64,000 nucleotides of DNA, taken from assembly GCA_003693705.1 (NCBI GenBank), contig RBZT01000705.1, forward strand, positions 79,356 through 143,355, written 5' to 3'. Made by a program: the position numbers and the translations under genes. The notes beneath the pieces are model-generated. The model had not been told where the DNA came from and did no database searches. It was given only the letters and a program-made list of their open reading frames with translations. The stretch comes from Polymyxa betae A26-41 (lineage: Eukaryota; Protista; Endomyxa: Phytomyxea). Positions 24,844 through 49,399 of the stretch are shown here, one piece after another (position 1 is the stretch's first letter; each line of letters begins with the position of its first letter).

Positions 24844-26308
24844 TTATTGTATTGGTTGTGATCCCAAGACTTTATTGTAGGTACCGACCACTTTGGAACT
24901 TCGTATATCATCCCACGCTCTGCAACAGTTTCGGAACCTGCAAGGGAGTGAATCCCCATTCACAAAAATCAAGAGAATGAACTTACCAGGTAATCTGAGA
25001 ATAATGGGCGGTGGAGCTGCCGGGTGCTAAGCCAGATATCTTCGAACAAAGCTCTTGGATACAAATCGTATGCGCTTGCTTGGATGATTGTTGCGGGATG
25101 AAGAACACATCCAAGGCATGGCGCTGATCATGGACAAGAAGCTCGTTGTAGATGGGCTGCGAACTTAACGGGAACGCAGACAGATCCAGCGAGTTTCGAA
25201 GATACGTTTGCGTCTTCACCCAACAATCTTTAGTAAAGTTGTCCTCGCTTACTTTATTGTAGATGAAGACAATCCTAGCTCGAGATTGGTTTTCACCGCT
25301 GCCTAATTGGTTGATTCTCAGAAACGCAATCGACCAAGTAAGCAATGGAAGCATTGTACCGGCTCGTATCAGCATAGCAGCTGAAGCAAGGGTTTGCAGC
25401 GTCGCATCAGATGCGAATGTGTCCTGTACGACGAGAACCACATCGCAGACAGTCATCATCAGCATAGAGATCTCAATGGATTGAATTACGACAGCATGGG
25501 CAGGCGATTTGTAAACCGATGATAGCGAAGCCGACGAGCTCATCAGCTTCGTTATGGAAGAAATCGAATTCAATGGCTGAAACGTCATTTTCAGCAAATT
25601 ACGACAACCACAATGCGCAATAAGCCCAAATATTCAAAAACGAAATCGGCAGTCTTACTGCCGTTAAGGCGAAAATCACAAACAATCCAAGAAAATGACA
25701 TGGGCTGAACAATAAAGAAATTCTCACTTGTGAATCGATAAAGATGGAATTTCGTGTGAAGATGGCATCGACTCCAGGAGTTGCAGAGATACAATTGGCT
25801 ATCGAATGCTCGGTTTGCGTGGTGAACAATGCCGGTAATTGCGATGATAACGATGACGCTAGGGCCGACATCAATATCGACTTTCCGGTACCTTCGCCTC
25901 CAATGACACCAAAGCTTCGACTGCATGTCTGATCATTGCTCAAGACCTAGAACACAGTTTAATCCAAATCCCTTAGAAGGGGAATAGCAAAATAGCTGCT
26001 ACCGTTTCGACGTTTCGATCCAGTCGTAAAAGATGATCGATTATAGACAACGGTCCTCCCTGGTATTGTGGCTTCGGTTGCAATACACGGCGTGGTGCTA
26101 AGACCGTCGGATGTGTTGGCGGCTTAGGCTCTTTCGAAGGCGGAGGCAATATCGGGGCTTTCGAAAGAATGCGCTTGACAGCCACGACAGGGACTGGGCT
26201 GGACGATGAAGCCGGTGTTGGTAATGGTGATGTTGGCGACGGCGCTAGAGGTCCTGATCGACGAGGTCGGCCTGGACGACGAGCACCGCCATATCCAGGC
26301 GCGCTCAT
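24844..26308 (-). CDS. SMG9: Nonsense-mediated decay factor SMG9 (spliced)
   Basis: P-loop FGVIGGEGTGKSILMS, TPGVDAIF...IFIDSQ, IQSIEISMLMMTVCDVVLVVQD, C-terminal WFRNCCRAWDDIRSS, all matching the SMG9 pattern; Pro-rich N-terminus. Confidence 0.85.
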
Positions 26309-26454
26309 AACATTCCGCGAATTGTTCCTGTTTGATTATCAGCGTATCAACCCCAGTGCAACTCAGTATTACTGCACCACGTTCGTTAGATAAGCTTGAT
26401 TGGAAAAAGCGAAGAATAATGATGCTTTATAAACAATTGATAAACTGTGATAAT

Positions 26455-29400
26455 TTAACAAGATGTGCTCATATACATTGATAGACAGCGAATCCATTGC
26501 TGTAAGTCTTCTTCACAACTGGCTTGCATACTATACGTCTTTGATTTACATTGCAATTTGAAAGTAAACGGATTTTGGGAATTCTCATCAAGGTAAACGG
26601 ATCCTCCAGTTAAATCGATGCAGTCAGCCTCAATCTTTTGTGATACATTCTTAAAAAGCTGTAAGAACGGATACCGAAGGATGCAAAATAGCCTCCTATG
26701 ATTCTGATGCAAAAACCCACTCCTTTCCGGTTGACTAACATAAACCATCAGACTGTTATTGCACAGGCAAGCCTAGCTGCAAACCTTTCCGTTTCTGAGC
26801 ATTTGCTAACAGATACTTTCGACAGCGCTGGCGATGGAATGCTACCGCCCTGACAGTTGCTATGATGATGCAAAATATCCAGAGCAGTCTGAAAGAATTT
26901 ATCAGATGGACTGCATTCGCCAGAGCTACGCTGGACACGAGACTGCACCCATTTGTAAGCAGTTAAACCTCACTAATGAAGTAAATCATTACCTTCTCCA
27001 CAGCGACTTTGGAGCATAGTTTCCGGCGAATCAATTTCCCCGATTTCCTGAAATCGCTGAGAAACTTCGGCTCCGCTACTGGCCTCAGCCAGCAAAAAAA
27101 TCCTAATATAACATCATTGAGAGAAAGCACGTTGGAAAGCTTTGAGTTTTACCAGAATGTCTCTTGGTATGGGATATATTGTTTACGAAACTCTTGAAGA
27201 ATCCCACTCGGGAAAATGCCTGGCGTTAATTCACCAAACTAGCTTTATCATGTTGACATGGTTACCTTGCAGTAAACAGTGTGGCAAAAAGAAATAGGCT
27301 CAGGTTGCCAGTCAGCATACAAATTCATTTCAATATCAAGCTCGAAATTCGAATTACGCTGAGCATATGAATGGTTTGACAGTTCGGAAGGCCATGGGCA
27401 ACGGAAGATCAAATATCGATCAAGTACATGCATTTGTTCTTGGGTTATATCACAGTCGAAAACACTGACATCTTTTAATCCTCCACTTCGAATGGCTTTA
27501 ACCTAATGGGCGCTTCATAAGAAACTGTAAGGATCTCAACATCACATTGAAAGACGACACCTTCAGGCTCAAGCAGCTTTCTAAAGCGAAATGATTCATA
27601 TCAGTCTGGAGTATTCGGACTTGGAATCGTTTAGGTTTGCTCAAAGAAACCTTAAACACAGTGTTATCGTCCTCTGTTCGTCTTGTCCAGCAATTACTGT
27701 AAACTCCCGAAGAAGGCGACAGCTCCTGTGAACACACATTTTGAATATATGAAAGAATACGGCACTGAGCGAATACTTGAATCTCAATGGCCACATGTAT
27801 CCTGGTCCCTGAGGCATGATAATCGCCAGGAGCTGTATATATTGATGGGACGACATCGGATTGAGAGCAGATTGCAATTCCGCTGATGCTGGGATCCTGG
27901 GAACTGCTATCAACTGAAATTGCAGCTATTGCCGAAACAAGACGAGGAGAAGGCCCTGGGAGCCTAAAACATTTTGCTTAAATTCTGTTCGAAATGCACT
28001 TGGTTTCACAAACCGTATAGAACCGTCAGGGCCTATTAAAGGTGTCTTCAGAGTTGAAACTCTCTTCAGAGATTGGTATCTTTGGCGAGCATTGCTCAAA
28101 ATGTCATCGTCGCCGTTTAGATTCTCAGGATACAGGGTGCCCATTTTGACTACGACTTGAAGAGGTTTTTCGAGCACAGTTGAATCGTTTATCACCCAGT
28201 TTCTAAGGATTCTTTCCTCATTACACTCTCCTTAATCAGAATTAAGAGCAGGTGCAATCTGCCAGAACCATACTGACCTGTCGTGCTTTGGACAACAGGA
28301 ACATCATTGAACTCCAAGATGTGTCGCTTGCCATGTTCCGATGCTGGGCATGTGACTGACACAGAAATCGGATGCGATATTGCAAGATCGTTTTGGATAA
28401 AGTTAATGCCAATCAACTGAGATCGTTTTCAGACATTAGACAGTAGAGCGTAACAGATGAAAAGACCTCAAAAACCAGTTCAAAAGGATCGTTGATGTCT
28501 TTCTCGGTCTCCATTTTGTATCTGAGATATCTTGTTAGTCAACTATGCATGGTATAATGATAGCTTCTTTTACACTTTCAATAGCAAGCGCCCGATGCGA
28601 CGTCCAAGCCCGTTGAACAACGAGACAGAGACCATCTCATTGAGACCGCGGGAATCCATTGACGAAAGGTCAAATACGATGCCCCAAACAACATCAGATA
28701 TCTGCAAAGGATTTGCCTTCAAGTATTCAATTGGATCCAGCTGAAGATTTTCCTATCACATCGTCAACGTAAATGCTGAATGTCATGTGGCAAGTGACGC
28801 ACCTTGCGATTGTCTTGCCGCTCTAGGCTGTGACAATAAAACACTCTCAGTTTGTGGTAGAAGTTGTAAAATTCGTCAACTGTAAAGCAAATGGCTGGTA
28901 CCGTGATGCTTGTCATGCGAACAATAGGAGAGGCCTAAAAAAATTACTAAGCAGCGCGACCAAACATATTTCTACCCAACCTCAAGTAAAGGGATGGGCG
29001 AGTTGCTAGCTAATTTAACATTTGGAACTAGCTGGAATAGTATTTCGTGACCAAGAGCATACGCCATGGAATTGCAGCAATCAATACGGGTCAGTAGAGT
29101 TTTCAAAGTTTCAGAACTGGTACTAAGAGCAGAAACCCTCCAAGTTTTCGCAATAGCCTCTACTAGAGCTCGAAAAGACATTGATGCGCCAACATCGAAT
29201 GAAGAGTCCGATGCCTACTTTAAACATAAGGCGTCGTGCAATCGAAGTTCAGAATTGCAATGTAACCTCCTGTATGTTGCCGTCATTTCGAATTTGATCA
29301 ACGATCTTTGCAAGATTTCCCCTTAGAGATTTCTCTCGCTTTAATTCTTCTTTCATTTTCGATAGTTGGCGACGATGGGTCTTGGAGATGGTATCGAAGC

Positions 29401-31942
29401 CATTCTCGGTGACCTCCAATAATTGCCTTGCTTTCACAGTCTCCTCAATCTGAAAAAAGCAGGAGTTAATCCAAGACTGTTTGCAGGAATAGGAAGCCAC
29501 CGAACTGCCAGTTTGAGCCTTTCGGATAATTCAGCCTTATTGGCTCTCTCAACTTCAAGCTCCTTAATTAAATTGTGGAATTTGGCGTCAGTTTGGGCAG
29601 CGCCTATTTCAAGGATTTTGACCTGGTCGCGTTCCTTTTCGAGGTCATACATAACGGAATCTAATCTGTACGCCAGTATAAGCCATGCTGCCTGATACGC
29701 CATAACTATTACCTTGCTTTCAACTCTTTATGTGCAAAATCCCAATTTATTTCAGTCCGGTTTTCTGGAGGGTTCTTCTGCAAATAGTTCATTGAAGCAC
29801 TATAGCGGAATGCCAGTTTGCCCCCAAAAATAACGCGATCTCCATGTGATAAAACAACGTCTTGAGACACCTAATGCAATGTTGGCGATGTTCATCAAAT
29901 TCACAACCTGTTACCTGTTGCCCGTTAACAAAAATCTGATTCGCCCCGTCATGAGGAATTAAAATGCTAGTACAATCATTCATTGTTTTGACGATACAAA
30001 AAAGCTCGGGGCCACCCTCCAGATGAAGTACAACACAGGGCTGCGATAATGAAGCCGAACGGCCTACATTTGTATCTCCCTTTTTAAGATAGTACACCAG
30101 ACATTCGCCAGCTCCAGGATCTTCCCGCAAGCTGCAAAGGAAAGGAGAATACGGATCCAATTTGATAGCAATTCCTTCGCGCTCTAAAGCCTTCGGAAGA
30201 CACTAGTCATATCTCTCACGGTAGGTGATGCAGGAACCTTACTTTTTCTCGTTCAATACGGATCTGTTCAGCTTTGTTGAGCTTATCCTCCCAGCTCATA
30301 TTCATAACCTGGATGAGTTTTTGGGCATTCTGGAGCTGCTCCGACAGCTGCTGTATCTCTTGAGAGCTTGATTTCTCTGCAGACCCCAGTTTCGCAGTGA
30401 GTTCTATAACATCTTAGGAGGCAGTCAGAGCAGCATTTCACTTCGGACCTTTGATTTCATTCTTTAAACCATCAACAAGTCTGTTGTTCGAGTTCTCATT
30501 ACAGACAGCAGAAGTTACAATCTGTTTGGCTCTAGCAGCATATCGCAGAGAGCCTAGTGATTCCTCGTAGTCAGACTCCTTGGAGCTAACGGTGCATAAA
30601 AGCATAGTTCGGGAGTTTCCGTCAAGACCAAAACTCCTTTTCAACAGCCAGGTTAGTGTCGAATCTCGGAATGGAATATGACTTGTGCTGCGAGATGGGC
30701 TGCCGATCTTCTTTCCAGAGTTGGATTCGGCTAAAGAAGATATTACCCTGCCGAGAGTAACCAAAGACTTATTGATTTCTACGAAACAATTTAGGACCAG
30801 TGGAAATCCTTGCAAGTATCTAGATACCGGCGGCTTCTTTCAAATTGATTCCTTGAGCTTTGGTTTTTGCATGCCGTTCGCTTCCTGCTAAATCAACGAG
30901 ATGTATATGAGCGACTTTCTCGCAAATAACCCCCTCAGAGGGATTCTTCACGGTTTGCTTTAATTTCAAAGTAACTGTGTTAAGATTAATGCCACACATC
31001 AAGCAAAAACGGGTTCTACTGACATATTGCATGCGAACGTGACGATTCCGCGTTCATACGAGTGGCAGCGACAGTTCTGCCAGAGTTTCCCTGACTCAAT
31101 AAACTGGCAACATCCTCGTAGGATTGTACCTGAGCGAAATTTCTTGAGCAATCCTGGAACAAATTTGAAAATTAACATACAGGAATATTACTCAGATCCT
31201 CAACGTAAGGCCCGTGCTTAGGATGCTCCCGAACTGTTAGGCCTGCTGGGCTTATACTTTCCATTTTTTTCGGATCGAGACTAAAACCCAATTATTCCGA
31301 ATTCTTAGCATCATGCTATTCATTTACAGATCCCGAACTTTCTCATTATATATTTCGAAATATGATGCCTCGCATGTATATCTAAGTCCTTCTACATTAG
31401 AGGATTGTTCGTTTATCCTGTTGAACAGCTCCTTGGATATTCTTGGGATAAGACCAGGGTCGGAAGCAGGGCCCATCATGCAATATGATTTCCCCGATCC
31501 AGTCTATTTCCTTTTGTAAGCAAGTAGAGTATTCGTTTGAGTTGATTTACCTGCCCATAAGCCAGGATAGTCACATTAAATCCCTAAACGAAGTGAGTAG
31601 TGACTGCAACATCAACATAAATATCGTACAGAGAAGACATTCTGCAGAGCAATCTGTCCCAAATCATTGAACACATCTTCTTGAGTACCGCTGTTGCCAT
31701 CGAAGTTGACATAACATCTATCGAATCCAAACCGATGCGATTTAGCTCCAGTGAATCTTGGTCACACTTCAGTGTGGAAAAGCCAAAAAAGAACACTGAG
31801 AACGATACCCTGATCTAGGCGGATGAAGAGCCAGATTCGTTCCAGAAATGTCAATAATTGATTCATGAGTTTGATGGGATCGTACCCGGACCGCAACCAG
31901 CACATTATCTCTTTGGACCTTAGAATCCCTTTGAAGCGTCAT
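26455..31942 (-). CDS. Kinesin-3 family motor (KIF1/KIF13/Unc-104-like): motor, FHA, coiled coil, C-terminal PH
   Basis: VLVAVR; SSRSHA; HLVDLAGSER; INKSLVTLGRVISSL; HIPFRDSTLTWLL; LRYAARAKQI; FHA-like LVYYLKKGDTNVGR...IFVNG; PH-like C-terminus ...ASCEEDLQQWIRCL. Confidence 0.9.
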
Positions 31943-32239
31943 GATGAGTTCCGGACAGAGCAGGATTTAAATCAATAGTCGTTTTTTTTCAAAAATTGGA
32001 TTTGTTGTGAAACCGCCCATGCAAATGGAAGAAGGAACCGGCAAGACTGACAAAGGGGACTGACGTGGCAACCATCCAGGCGGTCACAGCCTCCGGTTAG
32101 AGAACGTAGGAAACGTTACATGTGCACATCTTGCCAAGCTTGGCCTCTATCTATTAAGTCTCTACAGCAGAAATCGATACAGATCGAATAATCGAAGAAT
32201 TTGCCATTCTAATGCAATTGTTAATTAGCTGTAATTTAA

Positions 32240-35771
<3,532 letters not shown>

Positions 35772-36058
35772 TAAGCAATGAATGGCCAGACAGTCACTTT
35801 AGTGAGCAGATTAATGCAATTAGACAAGTGAATGTACTGTATAAGACTGTCGAGAAGAGTATTGTTTGGGCGGCATTTGAGACAGTGGCATTGATAAATT
35901 TTAACCAATGCGACATGTCGCTTCTGCAAATTTTGCGACACCGTTCAAGGCGCGCGATAACATGATTTTCCCACATTTTCACGCTGCGAGTGGCAATATA
36001 TAAGCAGTTCATGAAAGGAAAGTTTATTGATGAATATAAAAGAGATTGAATGCAAACA

Positions 36059-36632
36059 TCAGAAAGACGATCGTATCGAAAAGTAGATGATGAAGAAGAT
36101 AAATACAATAAAGAGAGCGAGATAGCAGAGATGACTGCTGCTGCTTCTGCTGACAAGCTCACTCAGCTTCTTCCTTGTAGCTGCTAGCATGCTTGAGGCA
36201 TCCAGCATACTAGAGTTCTATTATGGATAATCAGTATCCAGGATAAGCAGGCAATAGAAGGAAATAGCTCATCAATAATGGGAATTTCATGCAACTATGA
36301 CAACAAACAGGCAACTTTAAATACCATTGAATCTAACATTGCATTTTGGTCCCGAGTTTCGCGTCCCAGTTCGACCGTAATATGCTTCAGCTGATCGACT
36401 TTCGCATTCAGATTAGATACAAGCTCATCACTCTGGTTCTCCATCGTTTGCATTTTCTGTTCTTCCTGTCGTCGATACGCCTGCGTCCGCTGACTTCGCT
36501 GACCCATCAGAGCCGTCCTATCAGCAATATAATTAATGATGGTTTCCCATTTGAACGACAGAATTTGTACAACAGAAACTGGATGAGCAAATAGAGAAAT
36601 ATTTCAGTAAAACAATACCTTTCATCGCTCAT
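36059..36632 (-). CDS. BET1: Qc-SNARE Bet1/Bet1L (spliced)
   Basis: MENQSDELVSNLNAKVDQLKHITVELGRETRDQNAMLDSM|NSSMLDASSML...HLCYLALFIVFIFFIIYF (C-terminal TM). Confidence 0.85.
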
Positions 36633-36912
36633 GGTGCTCCTTGGCCGCATGCAGCGGCAAACAGCTTAGTAAATGGAAGGCAGGTTGCCAGGTCCAGATG
36701 AAAGCCCGTCTGAAATCAAGGTAAGTAGGAAAATTTACAGTGAATTTGATAGCTCATAGCAGGTCTCAAATAGCGCAGCCCGCGAACAAGACTGACGAAG
36801 AACAGATGATCAAATTTGATGATAAAGGACAAGGGACATTAGTTGAGATAATATTATATCTTTATAATTTATATACAGGATCAAGTTCCTCTTTACAGTA
36901 GAACTTCAATCC

Positions 36913-44189
<7,277 letters not shown>

Positions 44190-44609
44190 CTGCCTCTATC
44201 TGGCAGATCGCATATGGCCCAGAAACTCGAGAAGAACCAAAGTAGATGCAATAGGCACAGCCACGTAGCGTTAGTAGATAGTGATTAGTATGTGCTTACT
44301 TGTATGGTAAAGCGCACATTTCTCAGTCTTCACCGATTTACTGAATTTCGGTTGGGATTCTTTCGTCAGCGCGTCCATCCGAATTCCCAACCGAACCTGG
44401 AAATCGCTCGATCGGCAGGAGCGCGTCGGCAAGGATTACATGCTTGTCTGAGGTGTCATTATCGTCAGGTCATTCCAGGATGTCAGTTCAAATTGTAAGC
44501 GATATTTCCTCCAACTGCGCGATCTGGTTTCCGAAGTTTTTCCCAGGACGAAGACACTGAAATTCGCCAGGCTGAGGGACACAATGTCCAATTGAATTCA
44601 GGCACTACT

Positions 44610-46245
44610 ATGGTAGGATTATGGTTTTCGCTTGAGCAGCACTCATGCAAATTACACCATTAGCTCCAGAAAAAAGTGGCGGATTTACTTGAACGAGATT
44701 ATACTTCAGAAGCTGTTTTGATATCTTTAACTCAATTATCAACATTTTTCGATGAAAGCTCTATGCAAAACCGACATAACCTGGCAAGAATTATCGAGAA
44801 AAGAGGTATGTCCTACCTATTCATATTATACAGCAGTTGTTTGAAGAATAATCAGGAATGGAACAGAATTTACGCTTTATTGATTCGTTATCTGACGTCA
44901 TCGAAGTAAGATTGCAGAGCTCTGCATTCAAATTTGGTCTTAGTTCTTCAGCGATTTGAAAAAATGAAATCTTGCATCGACGACCTGCATGATTCTTGCA
45001 AAACGCTGTACACTGATTCCCAAGCAGTAGCGTCAAAAGGCCAGAAATTCAGTGAGAGAATAAGTTCGCTGCAAGAGATGAAGGAGCGTTCCAGGAAAAT
45101 GGAATTTGCTGCAAGAGATTTTCTTTCTCAATATCAGCTTACTGCTGAACAAGAGCAAGCGTTGGAGCAGCAGGAAGTTTGCCAGGAATTCTTTACCGCT
45201 CTGGATCATCTCTATGTTGGTTATAGTGGGCTCTGCGTATTTCAGGTGTTTACTTAATTCAGGTGATTCAAGATCGCATCAAAGTGTTACTCTCGCAGGA
45301 CAGCCATAGAGCTGGTGTTGAGTTAATGGATTCAGTGGCAGTGAAACTTGAGACTGCTCTTGATTTTCTGTGTCGATCTACTAGCTTAAATTGTCGTCAA
45401 GTTCTGGGACTAAATCCCGATATCCCTAATCTTCTCAAGGAATCCTTCCATGTCTTGCGTCAGCGCCCAGCTTATTTTTCCTATTGTACGCAGGAGTTGA
45501 TTGCCATTCGTATGCTTTTTCTGCTCTCAACGAAGCTTGGAAAATGACCTAGTCTATAGGAAAGCAGTCTCTGCTTCAGGCTTTCATTGATGCGCTGACT
45601 AAAGGTGGGCGTAACGGTATGCCCAGGCCAATTGAAATTCATGCCCATAATCGGCTAAGATTTAGCAGGTAAAGCAATGTGAGTTTAAAAAGCATACCCT
45701 CAGTTGAATTCCTTTAGCGATATGTTGGCTTGGGTTCATCAAGCGATAGCGTCCGAGCGAGAACTAGCTTTTAATTTATTCTCTAAGAGCGAGCAACCAG
45801 ATTTGTATAGGTTAGGGTCTGTGAAGTTATTTCCGAAAACTAATCAATGTTGCAGACGTCCGTTGCAGGAACAGGAATTGGATCCAAATGGGGAAATATC
45901 GAGGCATGTTAAAGATGTTTTTGAGAGTCTGGTAGAACCTCTTTCTAGTCGCATCATGCAGGTCTGTATTTACAAGATGATCTTGTAGTAAATCCGCTGA
46001 CATTTTTTAACAAGGCCGTTGAGTCTGCGAACGATGCGAAAGTGGTCTTTCAGATATCGTCTTTGATCACATTCTATAGAGACACATTTCAAAACCTCGC
46101 TCCAGGGATTGGCATCATTTCTGCTCTCAACAATATCGAAACCACATCGAAACTCACCGGTGCGAACATTTTACCGACAAATTTCGTATTCTAAATCTTA
46201 GTTGCAGACATCCTTGGCGATAGCGCCTTATCCGAATCGCGATAG
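44610..46245 (+). CDS. COG6: Conserved oligomeric Golgi complex subunit 6, apparently C-terminally truncated
   Basis: FIDALTKGGRNGMPRPIEIHAH...DMLAWVHQAIASERE signature; N-terminal LSTFFDESSMQNRHNLARIIEK. Confidence 0.85.
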
Positions 46246-47410
46246 CACCACGCCAGCGTTTTATCGAAGAGGACAATAAAAATGTCAAATGTAAGGTCCC
46301 ATAATGGATGTAAGAGTTTTCTCTTGCGCAGTATATATACCGATGACTACTTGAATCAAATCGGTTCTCAAGGCCTGAGAAGCTTGTGTTATGCGCAGTC
46401 ATACGGGGACCATTTGGTCAGTCCATCAAATTAGCGCGTGGGAAGGTCGGAGGTGCCGCGCGCCCTCGAGGGAAATCCGCCACATGGCGGTGCGGTTGGG
46501 GACCAGAAACCGGTACTGGGCTTGGCTGTTTCCGATGAACGTTCTGCGTGATCTGGATATAACTGCCTTGTCTGGATGAAATCTCAATGGGCACGTAAAC
46601 AACTCTAAGATCAATATGCAAGGAGGAAGTTTGCTTTCTCTACTCAATTCCGACTACTAGCTTGGGCACTGAGAACCTCTCTTTTGTTCTTTTGTATTAT
46701 TAGCAATCGCCGCGAAACACTTTTTCGCATTGCTTGAATCTTTTATCGATTGACGAATGTAATGGGACTTAAAAAAATGTTGATTTTATTGTCGCTGTAG
46801 TTATTGAAATTGTTCGCGACGCCAACGTTGGCTTAGTTTTAAGGTTGCTTAAAACGAACTGAAGTGGGATTGTCTTCGCTTTATACATCAGCAGTGCTTT
46901 TTTCATGTTCGGCGAATACCGGCAGTTTGAAAGATCATCTGAAGTCATTACGACTCATAGAGTGAGCATCTCAATTCTAACTGCTTTGGACAGAGAGTCT
47001 GCCGTTGATTGCAAAGAATACCGGTAGCGGATCCAATCCAAACCATTCTTGTTTAGTTCATCCGTTTTGCTGGATATTGCAAAGCATCAAAATCGTCACA
47101 ATGTAGTCATACTCAGATTAGCAGACTTTCCTAAAGCCAGCAATAAAAAATATGTAACCAGCGTAAAACCGTTTCGGGATTTTAGATAATGTGTTATCAT
47201 TGAATGTAGTGTTTGGGTCTGCCAGTATGAAACAGATCACATTAAATTAGAGCCAAAAAATATGATTGCGTCGTGTCGATAGGTTTTTGCGCAACTGTTA
47301 TTGTCTCATACTGCACTCTATTAGTGCACTTTAACGAATTGCTTGCGCTACCTTTAGTAACATCATCACTGTCTAATTAGGAAACCTCTTCTTTTCACTA
47401 TTTCGTCTCC

Positions 47411-49399
47411 ATGACCGAAGAGGGTGCACTTACCAAACTGCCAACCGACCTTCGCGTCGGCGTCGTTGGAAATGTTGATGCTGGTTGGTGTGCGAAGAAG
47501 CTCGGTTTGACGGAATACTCACCTCATGTCAGGTAAATCCACTTTGATTGGTGTTCTAACCTCTGGAATGCTGGACGATGGAAGAGGTAAAGAGGGAATA
47601 AACAGAGCTGGAATAGCTTAATTCAGTCTGTAGGACGAGCGAGATCCTCTATTTTCCGTCATAAGCATGAGGTTGAATCGGGACGCACGTCTTCCATATC
47701 GCACCATATAATGGGATTCGATTCTTCGCATACGCCGGTTCAGGCTACTGGTGTTGCCAGAAACCGAGCCTGGCGCCAAATAGCTGAAAAGAGCGAGTCT
47801 GTCGTAGTGTTCATTGATCTTGCTGGTCATGAAAAGTACGCCTTTTCAGAAAATAGCCGATCTTAGCGTTTCAATCTGTAATTAGATATTTAAAAACAAC
47901 GATTGGTGGATTGTCAGGATCCTATCCTGATTATGTATGCGTTCTGGTTGGTGCCAATATGGGTATTTCCAAAATGACCAAGGTTTGATCTTGTGTTCTT
48001 CTTGAGGCCATGTTGTCATTCCCATTCAGGAGCACATTGGCGTTGCTATTGCCTTACAGATTCCTTTATTTGTTGTCATCACAAAGGTAAATCAATAACA
48101 TGCAAGAATGTTCAGCCTAAGTTTGTAAAGATCGATATCTGCCCGCCTGGAGTGTTGAAGACGACCGTGAACAATCTTTCCCGTTTGTTGAAATTGCCGC
48201 AAGCGGGGAAGCTTCCAATTTTGATCCGCTCAGAAAACGACTTGAACATTGTTGTCTCCAATTCAGACAGGAAAGAAAACTCTTCATGTGGCTCTATTGG
48301 AAACCGGGTAATGAAGATTGGCTTTATCATATTATACTTATCTGAAATCTGATAGGTCTGTCCTGTGTTTATGGTATCTTGTGTAACCGGCATTGGCATC
48401 AATATGCTGCAGACCTTCCTCAGTCAGTTGAAACCTCGCGGGTAAGTCATCTGGAACGCTCCCTCAAGGTTCCGTATTCCTGACGGGAACTTAGAACTTG
48501 GGTCGGGAGGGACATTCAGCCAGCACATTTACAGATTGATGAGGTACGACATTGAACTTTCAAAAATTTTCGCTGTCAAATCAGTATGGAGACGGCGGCA
48601 TCTCATACACTTTGCAGGCTTTTCTTGTATCCGGTGTCGGAATTGTCGTTTCTGGAACAGTGAAGGCCGGTGTCCTGCATGCCAACGATCATGTTCTGCT
48701 GGGCCCATTTGCTGATGGTTCTTTTCTTCCTGTTCAGGTAATCTCATGCTACATCTTCAGACACTTTTGGCTTATGACCTCAGATCCGCTCTATCCAGTG
48801 CAGGCGCTCGCCGATGCTGTCTGCTTCTGCTGGCCAAGCTTGTGCTGTCTCTTTGAGGTCGCTTGTGCGGAAAACGCCAATCAGATTGATTCGGTGAATT
48901 TCATGGATATGACACTCTCTTCTCTCATCACTTTGCAAATTAGGCCTTTTTTGAGACGGGGGATGGTTTTGATCGCTCGAAACACGACGCCAACTGCATG
49001 TCAACGTTTTGATGCCGAAATTCTGGTTCTTCATCATCCTACAACCATCCGGCAGAACTACCAGGTTATATGGGGCTTGTACTGCTGTTGTGTTGGTCTG
49101 ATGCTCAATAGGCTGTTGTTCATTGCGGGTCAATTAGGCAAACAGCTGCGATTGAATCGATCGAAAGCATCAATGACAATGCTGCGCCAACTGATGCCAA
49201 TCAGTCGCTGCGAACTGGTGACAAGGCAACTGTCAGGTCGGTGGTACTTTCACCTCGGCTTCCAGATGCTTTAATCGTTCTTCCGCTTAGATTCCGCTTC
49301 TTAAGCCGCCCAGAATTCATTTCTTGCGATGAGACCATCATTTTCCGTGAGGGTGGATGCAAAGGCATCGGGACGATCAAGAGAGTATATGTTCATTGA
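47411..49399 (+). CDS. GTP-binding protein GTPBP1/GTPBP2 family (translational GTPase), spliced
   Basis: LRVGVVGNVDAG|KSTLIGVL...DDGRG|RAR..IFRHKHEVESGRTSSIS; FIDLAGHEK; FDAEILVLHHPTTI; IFREGGCKGIGTI. Confidence 0.92.

Noticed and set aside
35794-36162. 122-aa minus-strand ORF as a separate gene
   Set aside because: Overlaps the BET1 last exon in another frame and its 3' UTR; no recognisable motifs
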